Assembly: GCA_016839785.1 (NCBI GenBank) | Contig: JAEOTQ010000239.1 | Coordinates: forward strand, 1-16,874 | Reading direction: 5' to 3' | DNA length: 16,874 bases | DNA from: Candidatus Hodarchaeota archaeon | Lineage (GTDB): Archaea > Asgardarchaeota > Heimdallarchaeia > Hodarchaeales > Hodarchaeaceae | Part shown: piece after piece, positions 16,599 through 16,874 of the stretch | How the letters are laid out: the number at the start of each line of letters is the position of its first letter | Position numbering within the stretch: the first letter of the stretch is position 1 | Notes under the pieces: generated by a model | Told to the model about the DNA's origin: nothing | What the model saw: only the letters and a program-made list of their open reading frames with translations | The model's database searches: none | Position numbers and translations under genes: made by a program

Positions 16599-16874
16599 AT
16601 GTCAATAGAACAGCAATATAACGACACTATTCAATGGTTATTAGAAGGAGATCCCTCTATTCGGTGGCAAACACACCAAGATTTATGTAAGTCCTCAAAT
16701 AAAAGAATAATAACCGAAAGATTAAAAATAGAAACGGAAGGATGGGAAAAAATGTTATTAGAAAATCAAGATCCTTCTGGAACGTGGGATAATGGCCTTT
16801 ATAACCCAAAATGGACTTCAACAACATATACATTGCTTTTGCTCAGAAGATTGGGAATAAATCCTGGGAACGAA
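16599..16874 (+). CDS. Prenyltransferase/squalene-cyclase-repeat-like (alpha/alpha barrel) protein, 3'-truncated by window edge; not in the ORF track
   Basis: Manual translation: MSIEQQYNDTIQWLLEGDPSIRWQTHQDL..EGWEKMLLENQDPSGTWDNGLYNPKWTSTTYTLLLLRRLGINPGNE. QDPSGTW is a QW-type repeat. No stop before the window end. Confidence 0.75.
   Translation, partial: MSIEQQYNDTIQWLLEGDPSIRWQTHQDLCKSSNKRIITERLKIETEGWEKMLLENQDPSGTWDNGLYNPKWTSTTYTLLLLRRLGINPGNE

Noticed and set aside
1-16874. CRISPR array, tRNA/rRNA, transposase, integrase or defence genes
   Set aside because: No spaced direct repeats, GC-rich structured RNA segments or mobile-element and defence motifs were seen by eye. A covariance-model scan would be needed to exclude small ncRNAs.

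Overview
AT-rich, densely coding archaeal window with no rRNA, tRNA, CRISPR array or mobile element that I can see. A CDP-archaeol synthase (carS), a probable F420-dependent LLM oxidoreductase, GAGGT/GGTGA ribosome-binding sites and several sequon-rich surface proteins indicate an archaeon; Asgard (Heimdall/Hodarchaeales-like) is my inference from gene content. Left part: partial DUF438 hemerythrin-PAS protein, LLM oxidoreductase, DinB protein, DUF3795 Cys-rich protein, GyrI-like/Cys-rich fusion, anchored surface protein, TsaA/TrmO-family protein, small Cys protein. Middle: a tightly coupled minus-strand operon (YdjM-like membrane hydrolase, variant CDP-alcohol phosphotransferase, carS), DUF1684 and a large anchored metallophosphoesterase. 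Right part: an apparently frameshifted small gene, secreted Kelch propeller, Nudix hydrolase, orphan ABC permease, two more anchored surface proteins and a partial prenyltransferase/squalene-cyclase-like gene. The best leads are the three-gene lipid operon and the five unrelated proteins sharing a C-terminal anchor/sorting-type tail. All family calls are from motif recognition, not database searches.
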